The notes under the pieces: model-generated | What the model was told of the DNA's origin: nothing | Databases searched by the model: none | What the model saw: the letters and a program-made list of their open reading frames with translations, nothing else | Shown here: positions 24,636-39,300 of the stretch, in pieces | Position numbering within the stretch: position 1 is the first letter of the stretch | Layout: each line of letters starts with the position of its first letter | Program-made: the position numbers and the translations under genes | Origin: Pristiophorus japonicus | Taxonomy: Eukaryota | Direction: 5' to 3' | Length of the DNA: 64,000 bases | NCBI RefSeq assembly: GCF_044704955.1 | Contig: NC_091995.1 | Location: 34,472,001-34,536,000 of the forward strand

Positions 24636-25444
24636 TAAGTGTGCGCTTTGACACCGCTGTATGATGTGTTTGATAACAGTAATCATGGAGTGGTTGTGTG
24701 GTTCAATCTCTGGGTGGGGTGGGGGTGGGGGGGGGGGGCGGGAGGGACAGTGTTCGCTAGACATCAAACTCGCAGCATGTTTAGGCTGCACAAGGGCCTT
24801 GTTTATTGCTCCCGTAGCAAACCGCAGCTGGAATTGTATTTTCAATTGGGAGCTTTGGTCTCCAAGGCCGTTAATGTTCGAACTTTCAGAAAGAAATGCT
24901 CCGTTGTGCATGAAAGCGCTTGTGAAGCAAGTGGAGTGCTTTTGCAGCTTATCCGATTGGGGTTCACCCTTGTAAGTGACATCTGGAGCTTCTGAACGAA
25001 TGGAAGACTTCCTCTTCATGTCGTGTGTATAGTGTGCCAGGCTATTTGTTAGTCTATCGGCAGGAAATTAATCCCATTCCCGTCTAATGCTGGGTGCTTC
25101 AGTCTGTGTACCCACTGGGAATGCAGGGGTGGAGTCTTGTACCCGGACTGTCGGCTACAGTTGGTGTATGCCTGGCTTGCAGAACTAAGAATCTGCAGCT
25201 GAGGTGGGATGAAGTAGGGTGGGAGGAGGTCAGTGTGAAATATAAACACCGGCACAGACCAGTTGTGGGCTGAATGGCCGGTTTCTGTGCTGGAATTTAC
25301 CTTGAGTGTACAGCGCAGAGACCGGCCATTCGGCCTAACTATATGTACATAATTTTGTGTGGCTATTGTGTTGTCGTGTGCAACTGTTTGTGTAGGCCAC
25401 TGTGGTTGTACCCATGCATTTATCCTTTGTTCTCTGATCTCTAG

Positions 25445-25537
<93 letters not shown>

Positions 25538-25584
25538 TAAGATCTGTGTTCTAGATAACAAGCTGTCTGCTTTAATGGTGCAGT

Positions 25585-26810
25585 CTTACATAAGAACATA
25601 AGAAATAGGAGCAGGAGTAGGCTATTTGGCCCCTTGAACCTGCTCTGCCATTCAATGAGATCATGACTGATCTGATCCTGGACTCAGCTCCAATTCCCTG
25701 CCCGCTCCCCATAACCCTCGACGCCCTTATCACTCAAAAATCTGTCTCTCTCCACCTTAAATATATTCAATGACCCAGCCTCCACAGTTCTCTGGGGTAG
25801 AGAATTCCACAGATTTACAACCCTCAGAGAAGAAATTCCTCCTCCTCTGTTTTAAATGAGCGCCCCCTTATTCTGAAACTATGCCTCCTAGTTCTAGATT
25901 CCCCTATGAGGGGAAACATCCTCTCTGCATCTACCCTGTCAAGACCCTTCAGAATCTTATATGTTTCAATAAGATCACATCTCAGTCTTCTAAACTCCAA
26001 TGAGTGTAGGCCCAACCTGCTCACCTTTCTTCATATGACAACCCCTTCATCTCCAGAATCAACCGAGTGAGCCTTCTCTGAACTGCCTCTAATGCAAGTA
26101 TATCCTTCCTTAAATACGGAAACCAAAACTGTACGCAGTACTCCAGGTGTGGTCTTACCAGCGTCCTGTACAGTTGTAGCAGGACTTTTCTGCTTTTATA
26201 TTCTATGCCCCTTGTAATAAAGGCCAACATTCCATTTGCTTTCCTGATCACTTGCTGTACCTGCATGCTAACAGTTTGTGTTTCATGTACAAGAATCCCC
26301 AGATCCCTCTGTACCTCAGCATTTTGTAATCTCTCCCCATTTAAATAATAATTAGCTTTTTTATTTTTCCTACCAATGTGGATAACCTCACATTTCCCCA
26401 CATACTCCCATCTGCCAAATTTTTGCCCACTCACTTAACCTATCTATAATCCCTTTGTAGATTTTTTTGTGTCTTCCTCGCAACTTGCTTTCCCGCCTAG
26501 CTTTGTATTATCAGCAAATTTGGCAATATTAAACTCTGTCCCTTCATCCAAGGCATTAATATAGATTGTAAATATTTGAGGCCCCAGCACTGATTCCTGT
26601 GGCACCCCACTAGTTACAGTGCCAACCTGAAAATGACCCATTTATCCCGACTCTGTTTTCTGTTTGTTAACCAATCCTCTATCCATGCTAATATATTACC
26701 CCCAGCCCCGTGAGCTCTTCTGCAGCAACTTTTTATGTGGCACCTTATCGAATGCCTTTGGAAATCCAAATACATGACATCTACTGGTTCCACTTTATCC
26801 ACCCTGCTCA
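25585..26810 (-). mobile_element. CR1 LINE 3' portion (RPS18 intron 5)
   Basis: Degenerate YLDF, GVPQESVLGP, KFADN and [11 protein letters not shown]; (TTCTTATG)n tail. Confidence 0.9.
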
Positions 26811-28065
26811 TCTTGCATTGCCTACTTGGGGGTGGGGGGTATAATGCTGTTCAACGTCAAACCCTTGGGGTTTCTTGGACAGATCCTCCAGCAGTATATC
26901 ACTCCGAGGCTGTCGGGTGGTAATTTTCGTGAGGTTGGTTTGATTTTTATTTTGGTCAATCCTTTTGAGTGCTGTAGGGTGTTGGCTGGGGGGAAGGCTT
27001 CAGTCTGCAGATACCATCAAAAGGTTGCACCTGACCAGTCGAACAGCAGGAGAATGTGCTCACAGGGCAACATCCTTGACCAAGGTTGCCTGTGAGCTGG
27101 ATGAACACAGGACTCTGCAGACGAGTCCGTGCGTGGGATCTTTGTGATGCCTTTCGTTCTTTCATTTGCCCCCTGTCCTCCACCATGCTTCCTAAGGATT
27201 AACTTTGAGAGTACTGAGAGAGTCCGTTAAATATCTATCGTGCGGTGTAGTAGGAAACTTCCATCTGGTAATTTTCCGATGTAGACTGCTGGGTCCGCAT
27301 CATGAGAGAGAGGAGACCGATTTAATTTCAGGCGTAGAGCCTTTGGTGATTGCACAGAAACATTAACCTTTTTTTCTGTTCTCCGATTTCCAATTTTTAT
27401 TTTTTTTTTTTAAACCTTTCGTTACCTCTAGACTTGACTATTCCAACGCACCCCTGGCTGGCCTCCCACATTCTACACTCCGTAAACTTGAGGTGATCCA
27501 AAACTCGGCTGCCTGTGCCCTAACTCACACCAAGTCCCGCTCACCAATCACCCCTGTGCTCGCTGACTGACATTGGCTCCCGGTTAAACAATGCCTCGAT
27601 TTCAAAATTCTCACCGTATTTTCAAATCCCTCCCATGACCTCACCCCTCCCTGTCTCTAATCTCCTCCAGCCCCACAACCCTCCAAGATCTCTCCACTCC
27701 TAATTCTGGCCTCTTGAGCATCGCTGATGTCAATTGCTCAACCGTCGGTGACTGTGCCTTCTGTTGCCTAAGCTCTAGAATTCCCTCCTTGAACATCTCT
27801 ACCTCTCTTTCCTCCTTTTAAGACTCCCTTAAAACCTACCTCTTTGACCAAGCTTTTGGTCATCTGCCCAAATATCTCCTTACCTAGATCGGTGTCAAAT
27901 TTTGTTTTATAACACTCGTGTGAAGTGCCTTGCGATGTTTTACTATGTTAAAGGCACCAAACCTCCCATGTCTGTCTGTGTCTCTCCCCTCCCCACCATG
28001 TGTCTGTGTCTCTCTTCCCCCTCCCCCCCCCCCCCCCCCGTGTCTCGCTCTCTTTCCCCCACCCC

Positions 28066-28103
<38 letters not shown>

Positions 28104-28575
28104 CCCCACCCCCACCCCGTGTCTCTTCTCCCCCCCCCCCCCCCCCCAATCATCTCTTGCTCTCTCTCGCCCTGCACATGTTGAGGCTTGGGAGTCAGCA
28201 GATGATTTCTCTTTCTCCTGCCCTGCCCTTCCCTCTGCGCTCTCAAAGTATCGATGCCGACAGCTCTTGACATGGTTTAATCCCTGCTGCATTTGCTCAG
28301 TTCTCTCCTTTCCTGAGAAGGCGGTGTGGCATAACTTGCAACGGTGTTGCCGCCTTGTGTTTTATGTGGCCGGGTGTCAACAGTTGCTTGCTTGCTCGCT
28401 CCTGCAAAGTGCCTTGGAAGGTTTTGCTATGCTCCAGGCACTGTGTAAATTTGTTGGGGCAGTGTAACTCTGCTCATTAGAGTAATCAAGCCTGCAATTA
28501 CTGTGGCTTTTTCAGACTTCGATACGTCCGTTCTAAAAGCTGCCTAGCACTGTATTGCAGCGAGCCAGCCTGTGA

Positions 28576-28701
<126 letters not shown>

Positions 28702-28728
28702 ATATTTCAACCTGCTGTCAAATTTGTC

Positions 28729-28734
28729 AATAAA
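28729..28734 (+). terminator. RPS18 polyadenylation signal
   Basis: AATAAA 27 nt after the stop, followed by a GT-rich downstream element. Confidence 0.85.
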
Positions 28735-29524
28735 TGTTCAGTTAAACATTGAGTGTGTGTGTGTGTGTTGGTTAATTTGCAAACTGGCCACAGTGGGTCA
28801 GATCAATGATCCGTGTCATTTTTTTGACCCTTTGCGGCTCGTTCAAGGGGTTGCATGGGCCATTCAAAATGCCGTGTGTGTGCATTTTTTACATCGAAAA
28901 GCCGGCTGCGCAGTTACCTGGAGCGCTCCGTGGCCGCACAGCTTACAGGGAACATTGGGTCAAATTCTCAACCGTTAAATGGCCAGTCTCTTTACTCCCT
29001 TACATTGGAAAGCTCCTGAGAAGGTGGTGTGAACCCCAGAATGTGATTTTTATTTTTTTTCCTATTTGATGGCCATGGACTGGAGGTGATCTATTTCCCA
29101 TTGTGGTCCCTCGTAATATTCTTGCGCATGTTACAACAGAACATTCCGTCTCCGCAGGCAAGGCTGTTCGAGATAGAATGGAGTAAGAGTGTGACTTGTT
29201 TGGAATGATTCTTCCAGTCTTGTGCAGTTCAAGTTTGGGGGGGAAAAAAACCTCCCCCCTCCAGAGGGTGCTCCTAATCACCTTGAGAGAAAGGCAGATT
29301 AATATTCAGGTGTAGCCCCCCCCCCACTGGTGATTACATGGAAACATTAACCCTTGTTTTTATTCTTGGTTATATGTATCTAATGGGGAGCAATGATATC
29401 CAGGAACTTTCTTGGTTGCCTAGGGGAGTTGGGAATGGGTTTTCCTGACATTGGTATTTTTCCTGTTTATTTTTACGTAATCCTCCATTACCAGTGACCA
29501 ACGTTCCCGCTAAACTGCATGGCT

Positions 29525-30212
29525 CGTGAATCCCCAACCATCAACATCCTGGGTGTCTCCATTGACCAGAAACTTAACCTAGGCCACCCACACACATACT
29601 GTGGCTACAAGAGCAGGTCAGAGGCGGTGAGTGTCTCACCTCCTGACTCCCCAAAGCCTTTCCACCATCTACAAGTCAGGAGTGTGATGGAATACTCTCC
29701 ACTTGCCTGGATGAGTCCAGCTCCAACAACATTCAAGGAGCTCGACACCATCCAGGACAAAGCAGCCCTCTTGATTTGGCACCACCTTTGAGACTTCTGG
29801 TGGTCGTGAAAGGTGCTATATAAATCCAAGTCTTTATTTAAACATTTACACTCTCCACCACTGGCATATCGTGGCTGCAGTGTGCACCATCTACAAGATG
29901 CAGTGCAGCAACTCGCCAAGGCTTCTTTGGCAGTTCCTCCCAAACCTGTGACCTCTACTGCCTCGGAAGGGCAACGGCAGCAGGTGCATGGGAGCACTTG
30001 TCACTTCCAAGTCACACACCATCCTGACTTGGAAATATATCGTCGTTCCTTCATTATCACTGGGCCACAACCCTGGAACTCCCTAACAGCACTGTGGGAG
30101 TATCTTCACCACATGGACTGCAGCAGTTCAAAAAGGCAGCTCCACCACATTCTCGAGGGCAATTACGGATGGGCAATAAATGCTGTACTTGCCACATCCC
30201 TTGAACGAATAA
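29525..30212 (+). mobile_element. CR1-group (L2/Crack-like) LINE 3' fragment sharing its tail with the LF-SINE-like element
   Basis: EYSPLAWMSPAPTTFKELDTIQDKAA peptide; GGATGGGCAATAAATGC tail. Copies at 19500-19970(-), 21705-22205(-), 54400-54720(+). Confidence 0.7.
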
Positions 30213-32249
30213 AAGCTGGAGGTTCTGTGCAGGCAGCTTACCAGCTTTTTAATGGGAGATTTTGCACGTGTGAAATATTGAATGAGCCGTGCACCCAAAA
30301 ATAAATTTGGTCTGGGGTGGGGTGGGGGTGGACATTGCCAGTGACTAGAGCGTTTTGGACTGTCTGATGGGTGAGAGTTGATGGGCCTGAAGGGTTTTTC
30401 TTGTTTGTATATTTCACACTGATTGGACTGGTCAAATGGAATGCAAAAGTCTTTTCCGGTCCTGCTCTTGCGTTGAGAGTTTCTCTAATGTACCTTGACC
30501 TACAGTAATTATGCTTTGTATCTCACTACCTTTTTTGCTTCTCCCCTCTCTGAGTCAGGAGGTCATAAGTTCAATTCCCGCTCCCGAGGCTTGAGAACAA
30601 AAACCTAAGCTGACTCTCCAGTGCGGTGCTGAGGGAGCGCTGCACTGTCGGAGGTGCCACCTTTCGAATGAGACGTTAAACCGAGGCCCCGTCTGCCCCC
30701 TCAGGTGGACCTAAAAAAAATCCCATGCCACTATTTTGAAGAAGAGCTGGGGAGTTCTCCCTGGGTTACTGGCTAATACCATTATAGGCGGTCCCTCGAA
30801 ACAAGGATGACTTGGTTCCGCACCGAAAAGGGATGAGTTCACAGGTGTTTCAATGAAGGACCTAATATTCCAGGTCCCATACTGCATATTGAAGGGTGGA
30901 AGATGCCTGTGTGTGGATTTTTTTTAAACATGTGGCTGTTGCACACCAGCCACCACACGGACTTGAGAGAGCTAGGTCTTGGTCCAGTGGCAAGGGTTAA
31001 CCAAGACGACTGGAGACCAGCTCTGCTGCACGGACCTAGCAGCAAAGCTGGCCAATATTAATCCTGCAATCAAAAGCCGGGTCAGCCATTTAGGACTGAG
31101 ATGAAGGGACATGTCTTTACTCAGAGGGTGGTGAATCTTTGGAATTTGCCCCAGAAGCTGTGGAGATTCAGTTGTTGAGTGTATTTATGACCGAGGTGGA
31201 TTAAATGGGAACTAAGGGAATCGGGATTATGCGGAAAGATGGAGTTGAGGTAGAAGATCAGCCACGATCTTGTTGAATGGTGGAGCAGGCTCGAAATGCC
31301 CAATGGCCTATTCCTGCTCCTATTCCTTATGTCTATCCTAGCAAACCCTTTCATAATCTTAAAAGATCTCTAGCAGGTCACCCCTTGGCCTTTTAGAGAA
31401 ACTAGGCCCAGCTTATTCACTCTATCCTGATGGGTATAACCTCTCAGTTACATAACAAGAACATAAGAAATAGCTGGAGTAGGCCATTTGACTCTTGAGT
31501 CTGCTCCGCCATTCAATAATATCATGGCTGATCTTGGGCTCAACTCTACTTCCCCGCCCGCTCCCTATAACCCTTGACTCCCTTATTGTTCAAAAATCTG
31601 TCTATCTCCACCTTAAATATATTCAATGACCCAGCCTCCACAGCCCTCTGGGGTTGAAAATTATAAAGGTTCACGACTCTCTGAGAGAAGGAATTCCTCC
31701 TCATTTTAAATGGGTGACCCCTTATTCAGAAACTATGCCTCTTAGTTCCCCCACACAGGGAAACATCCTCTCTGCATATACCCTGTCAAGCCCCCTCAGA
31801 ATCTTACACATTTCGATATCACCTCTCAGTCTTCTAAACTTCAATGAGTATAGGCCCAACCTGCTCAACCGTTCTTCATAAATCAACCCCTTCATCTCAG
31901 GAATCAACCTCATGAACCTTCTCTGAACTGCCTCCAATGCAAGTATAAGTTCGGGTAGGGTAGTCAGTTCTGGTATCATCCTTGTCACTGGAGCTTAAAG
32001 CTGGAGCCTCCATCAGGAGGACTGAAACTCGAGCATCATCCTAGATTCTGTGCTCAAGTCCTGGAGAGGAACTTGCCTTCTGACCCTGAGGCTCGAGTGC
32101 ATGCCAAGTGTTCCGTGCAATGTAACTCTTCCTCAAGTGACAATCCACCGACACTAAATGTGGAACTTAACATCAAATTTAAATGAACTCTCGATGTCCA
32201 TTTTGAACACGAGACAGGGCTGAGTAAACTATCTGCTCCCAGCCTGACT

Positions 32250-33390
32250 TTGTGTGCAAAATGAAGGCCCATGGTATTGGGGGTAATGTATTGATGTGGA
32301 TAGAGAACTGGTTGGCAGACAGGAAGCAGAGAGTCGGGATAAACGGGTCCTTTTCAGAATGGCAGGCAGTGACCAGTGGGGTGCCGCAGGGCTCAGTACT
32401 GGGACCCCAGCTCTTTACAATATACATTAACGATTTAGATGAAGGAATTGAGTGTAATATCTCCAAGTTTGCAGATGACACTAAGCTGGGTGACGGTGAG
32501 AAGGATGCTAAGAGGCTGCAGGGTGACTTGGACAGATTAGGTGAGTGGTCAAATGCATAGCAGATGCAGTATAATGTGGATAAGTGTGAGGTTATCCACT
32601 TTGGTGGCAAAAACAGGAAGACAGAATATTATCTGAATGGTGACAGATTAGGAAAAGGGGAGATGCAACGAGCCCTGGGTGTCATGGTTCATCAGTCATT
32701 GAAGTTTGGCATGCAGGTACAGCAGGTGGTGAAGAAGGCAAATGGCATGTTGGCCTTCATAGCTAGAGGATTTGAGTATAGGAGCAGGGAGGTCTTACTG
32801 CAGTTGTACAGAGCCTTGGTGAGGCCTCACCTGGAATATTGTGTTCAGTTTTGGTCTCCTAATCTGAGGAAGGACATTCTTGCTATTGAGGGAGTACAGC
32901 GAAGGTTCACCAGATTGATTCCCGGGATGGCAGGACTGACATATGAGGAGAGACTGGATCAACTGGGCTTGTATCCACTGGAGTTTAGAAGAATGAGAGG
33001 AGATCTCATAGAAACATACAAAATTCTGACGGGATTGGACAGGTTAGAGGCAGGAAGAATGTTCCCATTGCTGGGGAGTTCCAGAACCAGGGGTCACAGT
33101 CTAAGAATAAGAGGTAAGCCATTTAGGACCGAGATGAGGAGAAACTTCTTCACTCAATGAATTGTGAACATGTGGAATTCTCTACTGCAGAAAGTTGTTG
33201 AGGCTAGTTCGTTAGATATATTCAAAAGGGAGTTAGATATGGCCCTTACGGCTAAAGGGATCAAGGGGTTTGGAGAGAAAGCAGGAATGGGGTACTGAGG
33301 TTGAATGATCAGCCATGAACTCATTAAATGGCGGTGTAGGCTCGAAGGGCCGAATGACCTACACCTGCACCTATTTTCTATGTTTCTATG
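32250..33390 (+). mobile_element. CR1 LINE 3' portion
   Basis: [14 protein letters not shown] and [13 protein letters not shown]; TTCTATGTTTCTATG tail. Confidence 0.93.
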
Positions 33391-36300
33391 TTTACATTGA
33401 CTACAGTGACAACACTCCAAAAAGTACTTCATTGGCTGTAAAGCACTTTGGGACATCCTGGCACATAAAAGACACTCTATAAATGCAAGCTTTTTTCCTT
33501 TTTGACAACTTGGGTAAACGCCAACTATTCACTAACAACATTATACAGTATTTGTTATATTTTGGAGCTGAATCAGGCCATACTGTATAAGGAGTTTAAA
33601 AAAAAAATTGGCTATATGTGATTTTCAATTCGGTACATTCACTAACATGTCAATGAATTCATTCCAATGTTCACAGAAGTGCCTCTGTTCATTCTGAGTG
33701 CTAGTTCTATTTCTAGTTGTGGTTAAATTATGTGTTGCTTATGGCCCAGCTTTGAGCCCTTTGTTAATACCACGGAGATGGACTCGGGGACACAGGTCAA
33801 CACGCTCAACTCTACAAGATGCTTGTGGTGTGCTCTGGCGTATTCATATCACTGCACTCCCCTGCAATCAGAGTGTGGTTTTATAATAGCTACACTCTCA
33901 AGGACTGTGAGAACACAGGAAACGCAGCAGCCAATTTGCACACAGTAAGATCCCACGAACAGTAATGTGATAATGACCAGATCATCTGTTTTTAGTGCTA
34001 AATATTGGCCCAAGGCACCGTGGAGAACTCCCCTGCATCTTCGAAATGGTGGCCGTGGGATCTTTCACATCCACCTGAGAGGTCTCGGTTTAACTTCTCA
34101 TTCAAAAGATGGCACCTCAATACTACACTGGGAGTGTCAACCTAGATTATCGTTTTTTTTTTCTTTATTGATCTTGGTTGAGGTATAAATATTGGCGAGT
34201 GCACCAGAGAGATTGAACAGGCTGGGGCCCTTTACAACAACAACAACTTGTATTTATATAGCACCTTTAACATAGTAAACCGTCCCAAGGCGCTTCACAG
34301 GAGTATTATAGGACAGAAAAATTGGCCGAGACACATAAGGAGAAATTAGGTCAGGTGACCAAAAGCTTGGTCAAAGCAATAGGTTTTAAGGAGGAAAGAG
34401 AAGTGGAGAGCTTTAGGCAGGGAATTCCAGAGCTTAGGGTCGAGGCGACAGAAAATACGACCACCAGTAGTTGAGCAATTATAATCAGGGATGATGAAGA
34501 GGGCAGAATTAGAGGAGTGCAGATATCTCAGGGGGCGGGGGGGGGGGGAGAGGGGGTTTGTGGGGCTGGAGGACATTACAGAGATAGGGAGGGGTGAAGC
34601 CATGGAGCGATTCGAAAACAAGGATGAGAATTTTGAGATCGAGGCGTTGCTTAACCGGGAGCCAGTGTGGGTCAGCGAACATAGGCGGTGATATGTGAGT
34701 GGGACTTGGTGCGAGTTAGGACATGGGCAGCCGAGTTTTGGATGACCTGAAGAAAAGGGAATACTGAGGTGGGGGGTGGGGGGGGCGGTGGCCTTTAAGC
34801 TTATGAATGATTTGATAGGGTAGACGTCGAGAAGATGTTTCCACTTGTGGGGGAGACCAGAACTCGGAGTCACAAATATGATATAGTCACTAAACCCAAT
34901 AAGGAATTCAGCAGAAACTCCTTTACCAAGATAGCTGTTAAACTGTGGAACTTACCACCACAAGGAATGGTTGAGGCGAATGGTATGGATGCATTTAAGG
35001 AGGAGCATGAGGGAGAAAGGAATAGAAGGATATGCTGATGGGGTGAGATAAAGAGGGAGGAGAGGAGGCTTGTGTGGACCATAAACACTGACATGGACCA
35101 GCTGGGCCAAATGGTCTGTTTCTATACTGTAAATACTTCGTAGCTTCTAATCCACTGAAACAAAGACTGGACAAAAAATATTGCAAAGGAGAGAATAATT
35201 GTTCACTTAGATTGTGGGGGAAGAGTAATTTGCTTCTTCTCAAATACTTTTACTATTTCATGATTTACCTTTATGAGGCCTTATTGAATTCTAGTCTCTG
35301 AATGTTTTTGTGTTTGGTATAGCAGTTGAGGCTAGCTCATTGAATGTATTCAAGTCACAGATAGATAGATTTTTAACCAATAAGGGAATTAACGGTTACG
35401 GGGAGAGGGCGGGTAAGTGGAGCTGAGTCCACGGCCAGATCAGCCATGATCTTGTTGAATGGCGGAGCAGGCTCGAGGGGCTAGATGGCCTACTCCTGTT
35501 CCTAATTCTTATGTTCTTATATTTAGTGTCCAGACAAAGGCACCCAGTTGATGATTCTGAACCTACAGATGAGTCGGACAATACCAGCAGGGTAAACGCA
35601 TTCGGTATAATTGTTTGTAAATTACAATTGACCTCAACGCCAACCTTGTCTGAACTGTACAGTAAAAAGACTGGACATTACTGTGAATCGCACCCCAGTT
35701 ATCGAGTGTCCTGTTTGCGCTGCACGGTGAAGCCATTCAGCGTGGCTTGCAATTGATTTCAGTAAAAAGCTCTCCGCACGGTATGACAAAGCCGCTATCT
35801 ATTCAACAAAGGCAAAACTGTGGATGCTGGAAATCTGAAAAAGAAAACAGAAAATGCCGGAAACGCTGTGGCGAGAGAAACAGTCAACGTTTCAGCTCGA
35901 TGACCTTTAGTCAGAACCCTCAACAGTGCCGTGGGGATGGGGGCGTGCTCCGAAAATTTGGCCAAGTGTCTAATGCTTGCGCCCTAATTTCTTCGATCCT
36001 TTCGGGCAGGTATTTGATTTACGTCCCCGTCACATCTGCCTCTGGGCACAAATCCACACAGGAAATTGCACCCCGTGTGTCAACATGGTGCAATAAAAGT
36101 GTACATCAAGAACAACTTGCACTTATACAGCGCCATGAACTTAGTGAACTGTCCCAAGGCGCTACGCACGAGTGTAATTGGACAACACCGAGCCACACAA
36201 GGAGCTACTCGGACAGGTAACCAAAAGTTTGGTCGAAGAGGTAGGTTTTTAAGGAGCGTCTTAAAGGAGGAGAGAGGTAGAGACGTTTAGGGGTGGAATT

Positions 36301-39300
36301 CCAGAGATTACGGCCTAGGTAGCTGAAGGCATGGCCGCCAACGGTAAAAGAAAGACTTGCATTTATATAGCGCCGTTCACCATCGGACGTCTCAAAGTGC
36401 TTTCCAGCCAATGGAGCACTTTTGGAATATAGTCACTTTTGAAATGTTGGAAATGAAGTGCGCACAGCAAGCTCCCACAAACAGCAATGTGATAATGACC
36501 CAGATAATCTGTTTTTATTATGTTGGTTGAGGGATAAATATTGGCCAGGACACTGGGGATAACTCCCCTGCTCTTCTTTGAAATAGTGCCATGGGATCTT
36601 TTACATTGACCTGAGAGAGCAGACAGGGCCTCGGTTTAAATTCTCATCCGAAAGATAGCACCTCCCACAGTGCAGCACTGGAGTGTCAGCCTAGATTGAT
36701 ATGCTCAAGTCTCTGGAGTGGAACTTTGAACCCACAACCTTCGGACTCATAGGCGAGTGTGCTACACACTGGGCCACAGCCTGGTGGGGCAAAGGAAGTA
36801 AGACATGCACAAGAGGCCACAATTGGAGTTCTCAAAGGGCTGCAGGTGGTTATAGCGATAGGAAGGTGAAAGTCATGGAGGGATTTGAACACCAGGATGA
36901 AAATTTTTGAATTTGAGGTATTACTGGACCGGGAGCCAATGTAGGTCAGCAAGCACAGGGCTGATGGGTGAGTGGGACTCGGTGCGAGTTAATATGCGGG
37001 CAGCAGAGTTGTGGATGAGCTCAAGGTTATGGAGGGTCAGAGGTGGGAGGCCAGCCAGGAGAGCATTGGAATAGTTAAATGTCGAGGTAACAAAGGCATG
37101 GATGAGGGTTTCAGCCGCAGATGGAACCAGGTGATGGAAGTCCCAGTCCGCCGGACAACGGAGGAGAGGTGTTGTTGGAGGACTATGTCAACGGCCGGAG
37201 ACAGGGCGAGAAGGATGAGGAGGGGTTAGTTTACCGCGGTAGCAATAATATAGAGTGTCGTTTGTGACTTTGTTAAGAGCCGTTTCGGTACTGTGGCCAA
37301 GGCGGAATCCTGAATGGCGGGAGTCAAAGTTGGGCACGGATTTGAGAGGCGACCACGCGGTTAAGGACTTCGAAGAGGAATGGGAAATTGGAAATGGGAC
37401 AGTAGTTTGTAAGGACAGGGGAGTCAAGGGTGGTTTTTTTGAGGAGGGAGGGGATGATGGCAGATTTGAATAGGAAGGGGTGGACAGCACCCGAGGAGAG
37501 GGAACCGTTTACAATATCAACTAGCATGGGGGCCAGGAAGGTAAGTGGATACGAGTCAATATGGTCCTGTATTCGCTAAATATGTTATATGTTAAACTAG
37601 ATCTGAGACAGACAAATTGTTTGCTGTGTACCAAATAAAAGGACTCAAACACTCTAATAGCAAATTAATGTTCAATTCTGTGAAAACTTCTTTGCCAAAT
37701 ATACAAGCACTGATCCATCTTGGACTCACCGGTTGATAGATGAAGAGAGAAGGGTGGACATGACTGGGAGTTGCAGCTGATAACCTTACGATGAGCCCTG
37801 CAGTTTGCAGCCACAAACTTCACAAGTACAAGGGGCTCGAAGAAGGTGCGATGGTTCGGACGGCAATTAATGGCCAAAATTATCGACACCTTTAGCATCT
37901 GTTAAAATGACGGTCCCTCAGTTCCAATGTTAACCGCTGAAATGGGGAGTGGCCACGTGTTGAGTTCGAAAGGTAGTCTTATTGAAGCTAGTTAAACAAA
38001 TGCAGAATGTTCCTGTGAGTTTTTCGGTTCAGTGCATTTGAGAAAACTTGCCAAGGGTCCACCATTATAAATGTTTGGATGTTTAAGACCCTTTCCTTTT
38101 TAATACACTTCAAACGATGTTGCTGTCACTAAACTCTCGGACCTATTAATTAATAAGACGTGGAGTTAGCCACTATTTTACAACTGAGCTCGTCGGCCTA
38201 GCTGATGTGCTTAAGTTCATTGATAGATGCATTTAAGGAGAAGCTAGATTAGTACAAGAGAGAAAAAGGAATGGAAGGCTATGTTGATAGGGTGAGATAA
38301 GTAAGGTGGGAGGAGGCTCGCGTGGAGCATAAACACCGGCATAGACCAGTTGGGCCAAATGGCCTGTTTTTGTGCTGTAAATATTGTGTAATAAGAAATA
38401 AGAATTAGGAGCAGGAGTAGGCCATATGGCCCCTCGGGCCTGTTCTGCCATTCAATAAGATCACGGCTAATCTTCTACCTCAGTTTCCCGGATGATCCCT
38501 ATATCCCTTGATTCCCTTAGTGTCCAAAAATCTATCGATCTCAAGAATTATTCAAGAATTACAAAGATTCATCACCCTCTGAGTGAATAAATTTCTCCTC
38601 ATCTTAGTTTTAAATGGCCAACCCCTTATCCTGAGACTAGACTCTCCAGTCAGGAGAAACAGCCTCTCAACATCAACTCTGTGTAAGAATATTATACGTT
38701 TCAACGAGATCACATCTCATTCTTCTAAACTCAAGAGAATATAGGCCCAATCTGCTCAATCTCTCCTCATAGGACAGCCCTCTCATCCCAGGGATTAATT
38801 TAGTAAATCTGGAATTAAAAAGTTAATATCAGTAATGGTGACCATGAAACTACTGGTCTTTAAAAACCCATCTGGTTCACTAATGTCCTTTAGGGAAAGA
38901 AATCTGCCGTCCTTACCCGGTCTGGCCTATACGTGACTCCAGACCCACAGCAATGTGGTTGACTCTTAACTGCCCCTCTGAAATGGCCTGGCAAGCCACT
39001 CACCACCACCTTCTCAAGGGCAATTAGGGATGGGCAATAAACGTTGGCCTTGCCAGCGATGCCCATATCCCATGAATGAATGAAAAAAACACATAATTCG
39101 GGATTACGAAACCAAATGACTTTATTGCAGAGTGCAGCAATGTGCTATTCCACTGATGTTTTGAGTATTACTGCTGCCATGTATAATATTGATAAAATAT
39201 TGAATCTTTCAGGTTAGGAAATTAATACATTTATAATCAGTCTTAACACGCTGAAGCAACGCCTTGATTTTAAATTCTCATTCTTGTTTTCAAATCCCTC

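Noticed and set aside
24900-24990. Possible C/D snoRNA in RPS18 intron 4 (also 22345-22410 in intron 2)
   Set aside because: Box C is non-canonical, the terminal stems are only 3-4 bp, and I could not identify a convincing rRNA antisense guide. An Infernal or snoscan run would settle it.
27884-28467. Several overlapping low-complexity ORFs
   Set aside because: Produced by (CT)n and poly-C simple repeats in RPS18 intron 5.
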